Below, one piece after another: positions 21,392-30,764 of a DNA stretch of 64,000 nt. The DNA comes from Longimicrobiales bacterium. GTDB taxonomy: Bacteria > Gemmatimonadota > Gemmatimonadetes > Longimicrobiales > Gaopeijiaceae. A program made the position numbers and the translations under genes. The notes beneath the pieces were generated by a model. It was not told the DNA's origin and ran no database searches. It saw nothing but the letters and a program-made list of their open reading frames with translations. Positions within the stretch are counted from its first letter, which is position 1. Every line of letters begins with the position of its first letter. The stretch covers positions 224,001-288,000 of the forward strand of contig CBDCNQ010000003.1 in assembly GCA_965219445.1 (NCBI GenBank). Reading direction: 5' to 3'.

Positions 21392-23257
21392 CTAGCGGCT
21401 CTCGAAAAAGATCAGCCCGCCCCCCAATCCCCCCGAGAAGAGGTCTAGGTCGCCGTCCCCATCGATGTCCACGACAGAGGGCGTAGAGTAGTTCGGAAGC
21501 GGAAGCGTGAACGTTGAATCCAGGACGAAAAGCGGATCGGCGTCCGCCGCGGAGCCCCCCCTTCGGTAAAGAAGCACACCCCCCTCTTCGCGACCGAGTA
21601 GCAGGTCATCGTCACCGTCCCCGTCGACATCCGCGAATGTCGGAAAGCTCCTGCGGCCCGCATCGATCTCTCCAAAGCGATCGGTCACGAGGTCGAACGA
21701 CGGGGCCCGCGGTGTGCCGACATTGCGGTAGAAGTTGAGTTCGCCCGAGGACTCCCCGATAAAGAGATCGAGATCCCCGTCGCCATCGACATCCGTCAAT
21801 GCGGGCGTGCTGTTGCTCCCCCGTGTGAGTCGAACGAGCGTCGTGTCCTCGAGGATGAACTCCGGTTGGGCACGCGTACCCTGATTCAGGTAGAGCGCGA
21901 CGCCCCTGTTCCACGTGCCCACGAGCATGTCCAAGTCGCCGTCCCCGTCCAGGTCACCCAGCGCGGGCGCATAGTGATACATGACGAAGAGCGGTAAGTG
22001 AGCACGCTGCAAAAACGCAGGATCCCGCTGCGAACCCACGTTCTCAAAATGAACCAGACGGGAGGTCTGGGTGTCGTTCGGGTCCAACTTGTTCGCGAGA
22101 AGTATGTCCAGGTCGCCGTCTCCGTCCAGGTCGGCGAACGATGGAATACTCTCGCTTCCGACATCGAGTGTGTAGATGTAGCGCCCGCTGCGGTGGACGA
22201 AGTTTCCGTCCACCTGCTCGTAGAAGTGGAAGTTCTGCGTGGTCGTCAGATTGGGATTGAAGGCACCGCCGAGCACGCCCACGAACAGGTCGAGATCGCC
22301 ATCCGAATCCACGTCTTCAAGAACCGGTACGTTATACCCGCTCGTGGAGATGGTGTCGTCGACAACCAGAGGAAGTGGATCTGTCCTAAGGATCGGCTCG
22401 CTACACGAACCCGTGTTCTCCACGAAGAGCACACCGGGCTCGAAGAAATCACCCCAGAAGAAATCGAGGTCTCCGTCCTGGTCGATATCCGCAAAGGCCA
22501 TCGCATTGGCGCCATGCATACTGCCCAGCTGGGCCACGATTTCGATGTTCTGAAAGCGATCCTCCAAGAACCGGAACATGGGGACTCCGTCCTCCGTCAA
22601 CTCGGCCACCTCGTAGCGGCTGAGTGTGCCAGTGACGCGGCCGAGGAAAAGATCCCAATCGCCATCGCAGTCGATGTCGTTGACGTTGGGAATATTCTGC
22701 CGATCCGCGAAGACCGGCTCACCCGCCACGTCCCGGACCGAATCACCGAGGGGCGTGAACGCCGCAGCCCGGGCGGTACCGTCATTACGGAAATACCGCA
22801 CGTAGCTGAACAGCCGCTCGCTCAGAAGGTCTAGATCACCATCCCGGTCGAAGTCGACGAAGCGGGTCCACTCGCCAACCGGCAGGTCTTGATATCGGTC
22901 TGTACGCCACACGAACTCCGGCCGGCTCGGTTCGCCCACGTTCTCGAACAGCATCAACTCACCCGGGCGCTCCTGAAGGAAGAGATCGACATCTCCATCG
23001 CCGTCGATGTCGGCAAACTGTGGACGCGGCACGTTGAAGCCACCAAGAAACGGAGGGTCGTACGCCCTACCGCTTTCGTCATATACTGGAAAAGCATCGA
23101 CGGAGCGGACGAGTGAGGTCACGCTGGCCAGGGATGCTTCTCCATCGGACCCGGTGGGCGAAGAGACTCCGTCGGCACGCCCCAAGGAGGATGCCCCACC
23201 ACAACCCACCACAATCACACATGCGGCCGCCAGTGCGCCGCCACGGATGCATCGCAT
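21392..23257 (-). CDS. FG-GAP/VCBS repeat lipoprotein (Ca-binding propeller)
   Basis: Many D.DGDGD.DL repeats; lipobox-like VVGC. Confidence 0.9.
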   Translation of the reverse strand: MRCIRGGALAAACVIVVGCGGASSLGRADGVSSPTGSDGEASLASVTSLVRSVDAFPVYDESGRAYDPPFLGGFNVPRPQFADIDGDGDVDLFLQERPGELMLFENVGEPSRPEFVWRTDRYQDLPVGEWTRFVDFDRDGDLDLLSERLFSYVRYFRNDGTARAAAFTPLGDSVRDVAGEPVFADRQNIPNVNDIDCDGDWDLFLGRVTGTLSRYEVAELTEDGVPMFRFLEDRFQNIEIVAQLGSMHGANAMAFADIDQDGDLDFFWGDFFEPGVLFVENTGSCSEPILRTDPLPLVVDDTISTSGYNVPVLEDVDSDGDLDLFVGVLGGAFNPNLTTTQNFHFYEQVDGNFVHRSGRYIYTLDVGSESIPSFADLDGDGDLDILLANKLDPNDTQTSRLVHFENVGSQRDPAFLQRAHLPLFVMYHYAPALGDLDGDGDLDMLVGTWNRGVALYLNQGTRAQPEFILEDTTLVRLTRGSNSTPALTDVDGDGDLDLFIGESSGELNFYRNVGTPRAPSFDLVTDRFGEIDAGRRSFPTFADVDGDGDDDLLLGREEGGVLLYRRGGSAADADPLFVLDSTFTLPLPNYSTPSVVDIDGDGDLDLFSGGLGGGLIFFESR

Positions 23258-23585
23258 TACGCGTACCCGCTCAACGGTCTCGGGAACCGCGTCTCACCGA
23301 TCGTCGTCACGTGCATGGGCGTCCCTTCTTCAGAACGAAAGAGGGCTCACGGCCTCTCCGGACGAGGCCTGCACACCCTCCTTCGGAAACTCGGAGCGCC
23401 GCATGAATGAGGCAATGGGTCGGGCTATTTGCACGTGGAGCCCTCTCCCGTGGAACCTTAGTCCATGGTTCGCCCGTATGTAATAGCGACAGGTGGACGC
23501 GAACGGGTTTGATCAACGGGTCTGCGAGAGTGTCTAGGACGGGAGGGAGCATGAGCGAAGGCGTTGCGGGGACCGGGGGCTTGGG

Positions 23586-24647
23586 ATGAAACGATGGGGG
23601 CGCTGGTCCAAGCTCACACTCCTGGGGGCGTTGCTGGCTGAGTTCCTCCTGCCCTCCCCCTCGGCGATCGGTGGGCGCTGGCGCGCTCGATTGGGCCTTG
23701 ATCCGTCGTACACAGCCCTCTCCGCCGCGATCGCCACCCAGGACCTCTACACAACGGATCTGCTCGGGATCGACGGAGTGGTGGGCACGGCGGTGGGCGT
23801 CAGCGCCGACGGTGCTCCGGTGGTGCTCGTTTACACCGCTCGGCCCGGTGTCCTAGGCCTACCAGCGATGCTCGACGGCACCCCTTTGCGCATCGAGGTC
23901 ACCGGTGAATTCTGGGCACTCGGTGAGGGACCCCGAGCCACGGAGGCCGACAAACCTGTCAACCGGCGGGGCCGCTTCCCTCGTCCGGTGCCCATCGGCG
24001 TGTCCGGAGGCCAGCCGGACGTGACGGCCGGAACCATCGGGGCGCGCGTCAGCGACCGCAAACGCACGTTCGCTCTGAGCAATAACCATGTCTTCGCAAA
24101 CCGGAATGACGCGAATCGGGGAGACGATATCCTCCAGCCGGGGCGAGTGGACGGAGGGACCGATCCCGCGAACTCCATCGGCACGCTGCACGACTTCGAG
24201 CGCCTGCAGTTCTGCGCGATACTGACGTGTCCGGACAACCGAATCGACGCGGCCATTGCGCTCACCTCCTCCGACAATCTGGGGACGAGTACGCCCGCAG
24301 ACGGCTATGGTGAACCGCGGACGGGGACGACGAGTGCGACACTCGGGCAAGCGGTCCAGAAGTATGGTCGTACCACCGGTCTGACCACCGGCCTGGTGAG
24401 CGGCATCAATGCCACAATCAACGTGAATTACAACAAGGGAACGGTGCGCTTCGTCGACCAGATCCTGATCAGCGATGGGCGCTTCAGCCAAGGCGGAGAC
24501 TCGGGATCTCTGGTGGTCACGCAGTCGAGCGGCCGAAGCGACCGGCGGCCGGTGGGACTACTGTTCGCGGGAAGTAATACTCATACCATCGCCAACCCGA
24601 TCGACCTCGTGTTGGAGCGCTTCGACGTGCAGATCGACGGAAGTTGA
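23586..24647 (+). CDS. secreted trypsin-like serine protease (Nal1-like) with N-terminal pro-type domain
   Basis: Triad motifs SNNHV, DAA, GDSGS; QPG..DG, KYGRTTGLT.G, VGLLFAG. Confidence 0.9.
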   Translation: MKRWGRWSKLTLLGALLAEFLLPSPSAIGGRWRARLGLDPSYTALSAAIATQDLYTTDLLGIDGVVGTAVGVSADGAPVVLVYTARPGVLGLPAMLDGTPLRIEVTGEFWALGEGPRATEADKPVNRRGRFPRPVPIGVSGGQPDVTAGTIGARVSDRKRTFALSNNHVFANRNDANRGDDILQPGRVDGGTDPANSIGTLHDFERLQFCAILTCPDNRIDAAIALTSSDNLGTSTPADGYGEPRTGTTSATLGQAVQKYGRTTGLTTGLVSGINATINVNYNKGTVRFVDQILISDGRFSQGGDSGSLVVTQSSGRSDRRPVGLLFAGSNTHTIANPIDLVLERFDVQIDGS

Positions 24648-24672
24648 CGTCATCGGAGATGCCGAAGAGGAG

Positions 24673-24882
24673 ATGCCGGAAGAAATGAAGGCCGCGCTCA
24701 GTAAGCTCACCAAAGCGGTGATCGATCGGCCAGGCGTGACCGGAACCGCCATCGGGCTGTCCAGGGGGAAACCCTGCCTCAAGGTCTACGTGGAAGACCG
24801 CCATGCGGCCGGGCAGATCCCCTCGAGGGTAGACGGACACCGGGTCGAGGTGGAGCAGACTGGAACCTTCAACCGCCGCTAA
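24673..24882 (+). CDS. small protein homologous to the N-terminal domain of the upstream protease
   Basis: GAGGAG RBS; PGVTGTAIG..G..CLKVYV...IPSRVDG..V.V..TG.F aligns with the protease N-domain. Confidence 0.8.
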   Translation: MPEEMKAALSKLTKAVIDRPGVTGTAIGLSRGKPCLKVYVEDRHAAGQIPSRVDGHRVEVEQTGTFNRR

Positions 24883-25045
24883 CACAGGTCCAGCGCGGAA
24901 CGATTGAACACAGCGAGCCGGCACCAGGCAACTCTGGGAGACGGTTCCCCGTCTCATCTTCAGGGAGTTGCGGCGAGATGGTCGGCGGCGGCAGTTTCGG
25001 GGGTATCCTCCGGATCGGGACGGAGTTCAGACACAGGAGCCTCAA

Positions 25046-25534
25046 ATGGGGAAACGGACCTCGGATTTCATGGCGCTCGCAGCGATCGTCAGCGGCGCTG
25101 CCCTCGGGTTGGGACTGACGAACCTTTACGCCCAGAGTCGAGCCGACCGCGTGCCCGACGTGGATGACTCATCTGTGAGAATCCGGGTGCTGCGTCGCAA
25201 CATGGTAGTGGAGCCTAGGCGGATCCATGACTCGTTCGCCGATGCCCCGGTGGTGCGCCACGCTTTGATTGAGCCTCGGCAGATCACGGTCGGGTACGCC
25301 GAAGCCCTGGCCCCCCAGTTGGAAAGACTTCGGACTCAGGTGGAACAGCTACAGCTTCAGGCACGGGAAACGGGTGATATCGAGGCACTCCTCGAGGCTC
25401 TGGAAGGGCTGGAGGCCCTCGAAGATCTGGACTTGGAGCAGGATATGACGATCGACATCCTCTTGGGTGACGAGGACCAACGGCGCCGGAAACGCCGGAG
25501 ACGCCGTCCCCGTTGGGCTACCGAAGGCCCGTAA
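25046..25534 (+). CDS. hypothetical exported protein with coiled-coil and Arg-rich tail
   Basis: AGGAG RBS, signal-like N-terminus. Confidence 0.65.
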   Translation: MGKRTSDFMALAAIVSGAALGLGLTNLYAQSRADRVPDVDDSSVRIRVLRRNMVVEPRRIHDSFADAPVVRHALIEPRQITVGYAEALAPQLERLRTQVEQLQLQARETGDIEALLEALEGLEALEDLDLEQDMTIDILLGDEDQRRRKRRRRRPRWATEGP

Positions 25535-25556
25535 TCCGACCCATCAGGGAACGAAT

Positions 25557-26225
25557 GTGCTGAGTCGACGCCGGGGGTTCGCCCCCTTTTCCGTTCTCGC
25601 CGTGACCCTGCTGTCCGCCTGCGCCGGGGACGGTGACGAGCCCGAGGACCCGCGGCTCCAGAATCCACTACTCCGCGCTAGCCAGTTCAACGAGACGGCT
25701 CCGGATGTGTTCCGGGCTCGCCTAGAGACCACGGGGGGGGTCTTCGTCATCGAGGTACATCGTGATTGGGCCCCCCTCGGGGCTGACCGCTTCTACAACC
25801 TCGTAAAGAGCGGGTGGTACGACGGGGTCCGATTCCACAGGGTGCTGCAGGACTTCACGGCCGGATGGGGTATCCACGACAATCCCTACGTGAACGTCGT
25901 CTGGCAAAGGGAGCTCCTCCTCGACGATCCCGTCATCCAGTCGAACACACGGGGGCGCGTATCCTTCGCCCGATCCGGAGCCAACAGCCGGACGACGCAG
26001 GTCTTCGTCAACCTCAAGGAGAACCCCAGCCTCGACGACCGCTTCGCTCCGTTCGGCGAGGTCGTCGAGGGGATGGACGTGGTTGATGGACTGTACGCGG
26101 GCTACGGAGACGGTCCACCCCGCGGCGACGGTGTGTATCAGGCGAGAGCACTCGCCCGGGGCGCCGAGTACTTCGATGCCGAGTTTCCCGAGTTGGATCG
26201 AATCGAGCGGGCAACGATCCTTTAA
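25557..26225 (+). CDS. cyclophilin-type peptidyl-prolyl isomerase, lipoprotein
   Basis: LSAC lipobox, WAP.GADRFY.LV, FHRV, RTTQVF.N, F.PFG.V..GM. Confidence 0.93.
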   Translation: MLSRRRGFAPFSVLAVTLLSACAGDGDEPEDPRLQNPLLRASQFNETAPDVFRARLETTGGVFVIEVHRDWAPLGADRFYNLVKSGWYDGVRFHRVLQDFTAGWGIHDNPYVNVVWQRELLLDDPVIQSNTRGRVSFARSGANSRTTQVFVNLKENPSLDDRFAPFGEVVEGMDVVDGLYAGYGDGPPRGDGVYQARALARGAEYFDAEFPELDRIERATIL

Positions 26226-26368
26226 CCACCCGGCCCGTACGGTTAACCCATCCGCAGCCTCTGCTCCTACCCCATTTAACGTTCTCATCCCGCCGGGGGT
26301 TTAAGCCGGTTGGAAGGGATGATCGGACGTTTCGTTCGGCATTCGAGCAGCACTGAGGAGAGTGGGAA

Positions 26369-27103
26369 ATGAACCATCGTGTGAAATCCGGAGCCCTGAC
26401 CCTTGGCCTGATCGCTCTGGCGGCTTGTAGCGACACGGTTGGGCCCGACCCAGTCGAGGACAGCTTGACCCTTGATGTCGCCATGATCGCTGCGGATGCC
26501 GCCATCGATGAGTTGGGCGATATGGGCCTGCTGTTCGGCGGCGGCGCCGTACTGGCGCCCAGCCAGGCGGCCACGCGGACCGTGACACACACCGCCACGT
26601 TCTTCGACGCGGACGGGAACGAGCAAGGGGCTCGGGATCCGCTTACGACGGCGTCGATTCACCTCGTCATCGAATCAAGCCACGAGTTCTCTCGCGACTC
26701 CTGGTCGGCAACGGGGACGCGTATGCGTGACCTCATGATCACCGGGCTCGAGGGCGGAGAGACGAGCCGGACCGTGAACGGAACCGGAAGCGGCAGCGTG
26801 ACCAGGAGCCAGCACACGGGCGAGGACGGCACGAGGACCTATGACATGTCTAGCACGTCGGTAATCGAGAACGTCGTCCACCCTGTGCCGCGGACGGACG
26901 ACGCATGGCCCCTGTCGGGCACGATAACGCGCAATGTGACGATCAATATCGTCAACGGACCCCAGGGGGATATCACGAAGAGCCGTACGGTCGTGATCAC
27001 CTTCAACGGTACGAACCTGGCCACCATGACCGTGGGTGATGAGACCTTCGAAATCGATTTGTCGACTCGGAGTGGCCGTCATCCCTTCCGAAAACGCGGT
27101 TAG
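26369..27103 (+). CDS. hypothetical beta-rich lipoprotein
   Basis: LAAC lipobox, Thr-rich strands, WP.SG.I; followed by a terminator. Confidence 0.85.
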   Translation: MNHRVKSGALTLGLIALAACSDTVGPDPVEDSLTLDVAMIAADAAIDELGDMGLLFGGGAVLAPSQAATRTVTHTATFFDADGNEQGARDPLTTASIHLVIESSHEFSRDSWSATGTRMRDLMITGLEGGETSRTVNGTGSGSVTRSQHTGEDGTRTYDMSSTSVIENVVHPVPRTDDAWPLSGTITRNVTINIVNGPQGDITKSRTVVITFNGTNLATMTVGDETFEIDLSTRSGRHPFRKRG

Positions 27104-27126
27104 TCGGCGGTTCGGTCGCGTACCGT

Positions 27127-27159
27127 AAGCGGGAGGGGCCATCCCCTCCCGCTTTTTTT
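27127..27159 (+). terminator. intrinsic terminator
   Basis: AAGCGGGAGGGG-CCAT-CCCCTCCCGCTT stem, T7 run. Confidence 0.9.
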
Positions 27160-27173
27160 CGGCTCAACTCCGG

Positions 27174-27566
27174 CTAGACGTCTGGTATGCAGGCCGGATC
27201 CACGAAAGAAACGAGCATTCCTTCCACGGCAATGATCTCAGGAGCGTCATTCTCGGCCGCCACAAGATCCCGGTCGTATACGAGTTCGCGGACCATGACG
27301 GCGTCCGCGCCTGACCCGGCGGCCTCCTGACCCACCTCGAGCCGAACACCTTGCAAAACAACTTCTCGAGGCGCCCCGTCGAGGTCGTCTCGCGCCGGAA
27401 AAGGCCCCGGGACCGTCAACTCGCCGACCACCTCGAACAGGCAGTCCACTCGCTCTCCAGGCAGGAAGACGGGAAGCATGGCACTGGTGCATGCCAAAGC
27501 CAATGGTGCACTCAGCACGGTCAAGATTTTCGCCGCCCTGGAGACCGCACTAGGGATCCGGAACAT
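27174..27566 (-). CDS. hypothetical lipoprotein
   Basis: ALAC lipobox; GADAV motif. Confidence 0.6.
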   Translation of the reverse strand: MFRIPSAVSRAAKILTVLSAPLALACTSAMLPVFLPGERVDCLFEVVGELTVPGPFPARDDLDGAPREVVLQGVRLEVGQEAAGSGADAVMVRELVYDRDLVAAENDAPEIIAVEGMLVSFVDPACIPDV

Positions 27567-27585
27567 CGCCTCAGCGCCGCCTACG

Positions 27586-28168
27586 CTACCCGCCACGGAC
27601 CATGGCCTCCAGGGTCATGCGCGGACACACGTTCTGTCGGATATAACCCAGGAGGTTTTCAGCCAATCCCTGAAGGCGGCCCTCTACGCCGGGGTCGAGA
27701 CACTCTCCGTCCTCGTTGAACGCGCTTCTCACATGGGCTACCGAGACGGGTCCGGGAAGAACGATCGCACCGACGTGGGAGCATACACCCCTCAACTGCT
27801 CCAGGGCCTTGATGGCACCGATCGATCCGCCGGCCACACCGAGAAGCGCCACGGACTTGCCGGCAAGAGCCGAAGGGAAGCCCAGGTTCTCGATCATGAG
27901 CTTCATCACGCTGGAAAAGCTGCCGTGGTATTCAGGCGTCGCCAGGACTACTCCCGTCGCGTCACGTATCACGTCCTGAAGCTCCGAGACGGAATCAGAC
28001 GTGCTTTCCAGTCCCGGGAGCGGGAGATCGAGCTCTGAGGGATCCACTACATCGACGGCAACGTCAGGATCGGTGGAGAGCGACGCCACGACCACCTCGG
28101 CGGCCATGCGTGTATAGTTGGCCGGACGCACGCTCCCACAGAGTACGGCGATTCGTATACGGCCATTG
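27586..28168 (-). pseudogene. NADPH-dependent FMN reductase interrupted by IS3; its first four codons lie at 29424-29435
   Basis: IAVLCGSVR, TPEYHGSFS..MK, GKSV. Start MTSN and RBS are on the far side of the IS; in-frame TAA inside the IR. Confidence 0.85.
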
Positions 28169-28222
28169 TGGAGTTAGCCCCTGACGGTGGACACCTATTC
28201 TCTTTAGAGAGAGGAGTCCACG

Positions 28223-28537
28223 ATGCCAAGAACGAGACCGCCGTATTCGTTGGAGTTCCGCCAGCAGATGGTGGAGCTGGTCAAAGCAGGTCGCACGCCT
28301 GAGGAGCTGAGTCGGGAGTTTGAGCCCACAGCGCAGACGATCCACAATTGGGTGAAGCAGACGGACCTCGACACGGGAGTCAGAAGCGACGGCCTGACGT
28401 CGTCAGAGCGCGAGGAGCTCCGCGAGCTTCGGCGTGAGAACAAGCGGCTTCGTGTCGAGCGGGAGATCCTAAAAAAAGCCGCGGCCTGGTTCGCTCAGGA
28501 GTCCGACTCGGTGCCCCCGAAGCGTTCGAGTTCGTGA
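28223..28537 (+). CDS. IS3 transposase OrfA (HTH)
   Basis: YSLEFR, LRRENKRL..EREILKKAAAWF. Confidence 0.95.
   Translation: MPRTRPPYSLEFRQQMVELVKAGRTPEELSREFEPTAQTIHNWVKQTDLDTGVRSDGLTSSEREELRELRRENKRLRVEREILKKAAAWFAQESDSVPPKRSSS
28471..28478 (+). other. -1 ribosomal frameshift site AAAAAAAG of IS3
   Basis: A7G at the ILKKA codons; orfB is in the -1 frame. Confidence 0.8.
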
Positions 28538-29382
28538 GGGCCAACCAGGCCGAGTTCAGCGTGCAGATGATGTGCGAAGTCCTGAGCGTCTCGCCCAGCG
28601 GGTACTACGCATGGAGAAAGCGTCCTCCATCGCATCGCGCGGTCGAGAACGAGCGACTGCTAGGTCGGATGCGTGAGATCCACACGTTCAGCCGTGAGAC
28701 GTATGGCCAGCCACGGATGTACGCCGAGCTCAGGGACGACGGCTGGCAGGTCAACCACAAGCGGGTGCGTCGTCTGATGAGGCTGGCAGGACTACAAGGC
28801 GCTACGCGGCGAAGGAAGTGGCGCACGACGAAGCGAAACAGAGATGCTCGACCTGCCCCCGATCTCGTCGCGCGCGACTTCAGTGTGCACGGCCCGGACC
28901 AGCTCTGGGTTGCCGACATCACCTACGTGCCGACCTGGAGCGGCTTCTTGTACCTGTCAGTCGTCGTCGATGCGTGGAGCCGCCATGTGGTCGGATGGTC
29001 GATGAAGACGCATCTCAAGACCGATCTCGTGCTCGACGCGCTGAACATGGCGCTGCAGCAACGACGACCGAACGGTGTCATCCATCATAGCGATCAGGGT
29101 ACCCAGTACACCTCGATCGCCTTCGGCCTACGCTGCAAAGAGGCCAGCGTCCGACCCTCGATGGGCTCGGTCGGCGACGCGTACGATAACGCGATGTGCG
29201 AGAGCTTCTTCGCCACGCTCGAGACCGAACTCATCGAACGAAAGAGCTTCCGCAATCAGGCCGAGGCCAGGATGGCCGTGTTCGACTTCATCGAAGCCTG
29301 GTACAATCCCCACCGACGGCACTCTGCCCTCGGCCAATTGTCTCCTCTTAACTACGAAAAGGAACACGCCCCCGCCGCGTGA
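28534..29382 (+). CDS. IS3 transposase OrfB (DDE)
   Basis: WVADITY, HHSDQG.QY, DNA..ESFF..LE.E, YN..RRHS. Confidence 0.96.
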   Translation: MRANQAEFSVQMMCEVLSVSPSGYYAWRKRPPSHRAVENERLLGRMREIHTFSRETYGQPRMYAELRDDGWQVNHKRVRRLMRLAGLQGATRRRKWRTTKRNRDARPAPDLVARDFSVHGPDQLWVADITYVPTWSGFLYLSVVVDAWSRHVVGWSMKTHLKTDLVLDALNMALQQRRPNGVIHHSDQGTQYTSIAFGLRCKEASVRPSMGSVGDAYDNAMCESFFATLETELIERKSFRNQAEARMAVFDFIEAWYNPHRRHSALGQLSPLNYEKEHAPAA

Positions 29383-29442
29383 ATCTCTAGTCCAAAACCG
29401 TCCACCGTGCGGGGCCAACTCCAGTTCGAAGTCATGAGCACC

Positions 29443-30002
29443 TCATGCCGGCCAAAGCCAGCCGAAGAGTCCAGCGGTAAGGAGGCCGTATACGAGAGCA
29501 TCCAGCAGCCCTTTGATGATTCCGGACCACGGTCGCCCAAACCAGATCGCATCCGGAACCGTGGCAGTGCCGTACGCGAGCCATGCCACTGTGCCAGTGA
29601 CCCTGAACACGGCAAGGTAATCCTCACCCGGATCGAGCGTACGACTTGCCATGTAGGCGACCACCGTACCGATGAAGAGATAGAAGACGAATGACATCAC
29701 CACTTTGCTCCCCATGGCCGGAACACCTCGGGGCAGGACCGTGAGAAAACCCACTGGACCCTCCTCGAATTTCCGAACTACCTCCGGATTCTGGAGATCG
29801 CCCTGAGCTGCGATGTGTGGAACGTTGTAAAGGCCGGGGGCGAGGCCTTGTGGCGTCAGCGCCTCGCGGGCTGCGTCCTCATCCGGGAGCTTCGCGTAGT
29901 CCGACTTATGGTGCGGCATGACCATCCAGTGAGGGCGCTCGCCGCCCACACCGAGATGGCGGAGAGCAGGATGGGGAGCCAGAGTGCACCGATGGTAACC
30001 AT
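29443..30002 (-). pseudogene. membrane protein with a 1-bp deletion frameshift near 29930
   Basis: MVTIGALWLPILLSAISVWAASAL in one frame continues as WMVMPHHKSD in another (GCC CTC AC TGG); 560 bp; GGAGG RBS. Confidence 0.8.
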
Positions 30003-30111
30003 GGGTCCTCCCGCGTCGGGGTCAGGGGTGGAGCAGAAGTTGCATGATCCGCAACCGCGGCGCCACTCGGTGCACCCTTTACCAGCCGACTGGTGTCTGG
30101 TAGACTGGGTC

Positions 30112-30171
30112 GGTCAACAGAAATGCAGGGGACAGTGTCCCGATTAGTACATGGGTCCACAGAGATGCAGG
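30112..30171. repeat. 18-bp direct repeat, 42-bp period
   Basis: GGTCAACAGAAATGCAGG (30112-30129) and GGTCCACAGAGATGCAGG (30154-30171). Confidence 0.7.
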
Positions 30172-30632
30172 AGCAGGAATTGTTCGGTAATCGGCAACAC
30201 ATCTCGCTTATCCGCTTGACGCAGGAATCCGCGAGGGGCGCTGTGCTCAATGCCTCAACTCTCGCGGTCTTCCTATTTGGCATGATCGGCCAGGGTTTCA
30301 GCCCCTGCCCGCACCACGCAGGTCTGGACCCGCGGGGACCTGTCCATGGCGCGGTGTCCACCGGGGCTACGCCCGGTGGGATGCACCACGGAGCGTCCAC
30401 ACCCGACGGCTCGGATTCCGAAGACCACGAACCGATTTGTTCCTGCCTAGAGGCGTGTGATACGGAATCTGGAGATTCCCTCTCATCCGGCCAGTTCCAT
30501 ACCCGACCCACGCTTCCCACCGCAGTTCACGTCGTAGAGAGGCCAGCCGAAAGCGTCCTCGACACCCGCCAAAACGCATACGTCGTTCCGCTTCCCCAAC
30601 CACCTCCCCATAGCTCCTTACAATCGAGCTAA
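30165..30632 (+). CDS. DUF2946-like Cys/His-rich leader protein (start uncertain)
   Basis: Hydrophobic segment, CPHH, MHH, CSCLEAC, Pro-rich end VPLPQPPP; directly upstream of an OM protein gene. Confidence 0.6.
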   Translation: MQEQELFGNRQHISLIRLTQESARGAVLNASTLAVFLFGMIGQGFSPCPHHAGLDPRGPVHGAVSTGATPGGMHHGASTPDGSDSEDHEPICSCLEACDTESGDSLSSGQFHTRPTLPTAVHVVERPAESVLDTRQNAYVVPLPQPPPHSSLQSS

Positions 30633-30764
30633 ACGAACTTTAGCAAGTCCCAAATCTCAAGCCGGTAGGCCATTCGCGGTATCCGTGTACGCCAGTATCC
30701 CATCCGCGTACGCCCATCCGCCTGCGTGTAGAACCGGCAATGATTCATGACAACGGAGGACGGA

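Larger units (their letters stand above)
28169..29423 (+). mobile_element. IS3-family insertion sequence (1255 bp)
   Basis: TG...CA ends; IRL TGGAGTTAGCCCCTGACGGTGGAC versus reverse-complement IRR TGGAGTTGGCCCCGCACGGTGGAC; orfA/orfB. Confidence 0.97.

Noticed and set aside
26221..26305. Repeated TTTAAC...GTT(T)AA motifs as ECF-type promoters
   Set aside because: Spacing is inconsistent and cannot be supported without TSS data.
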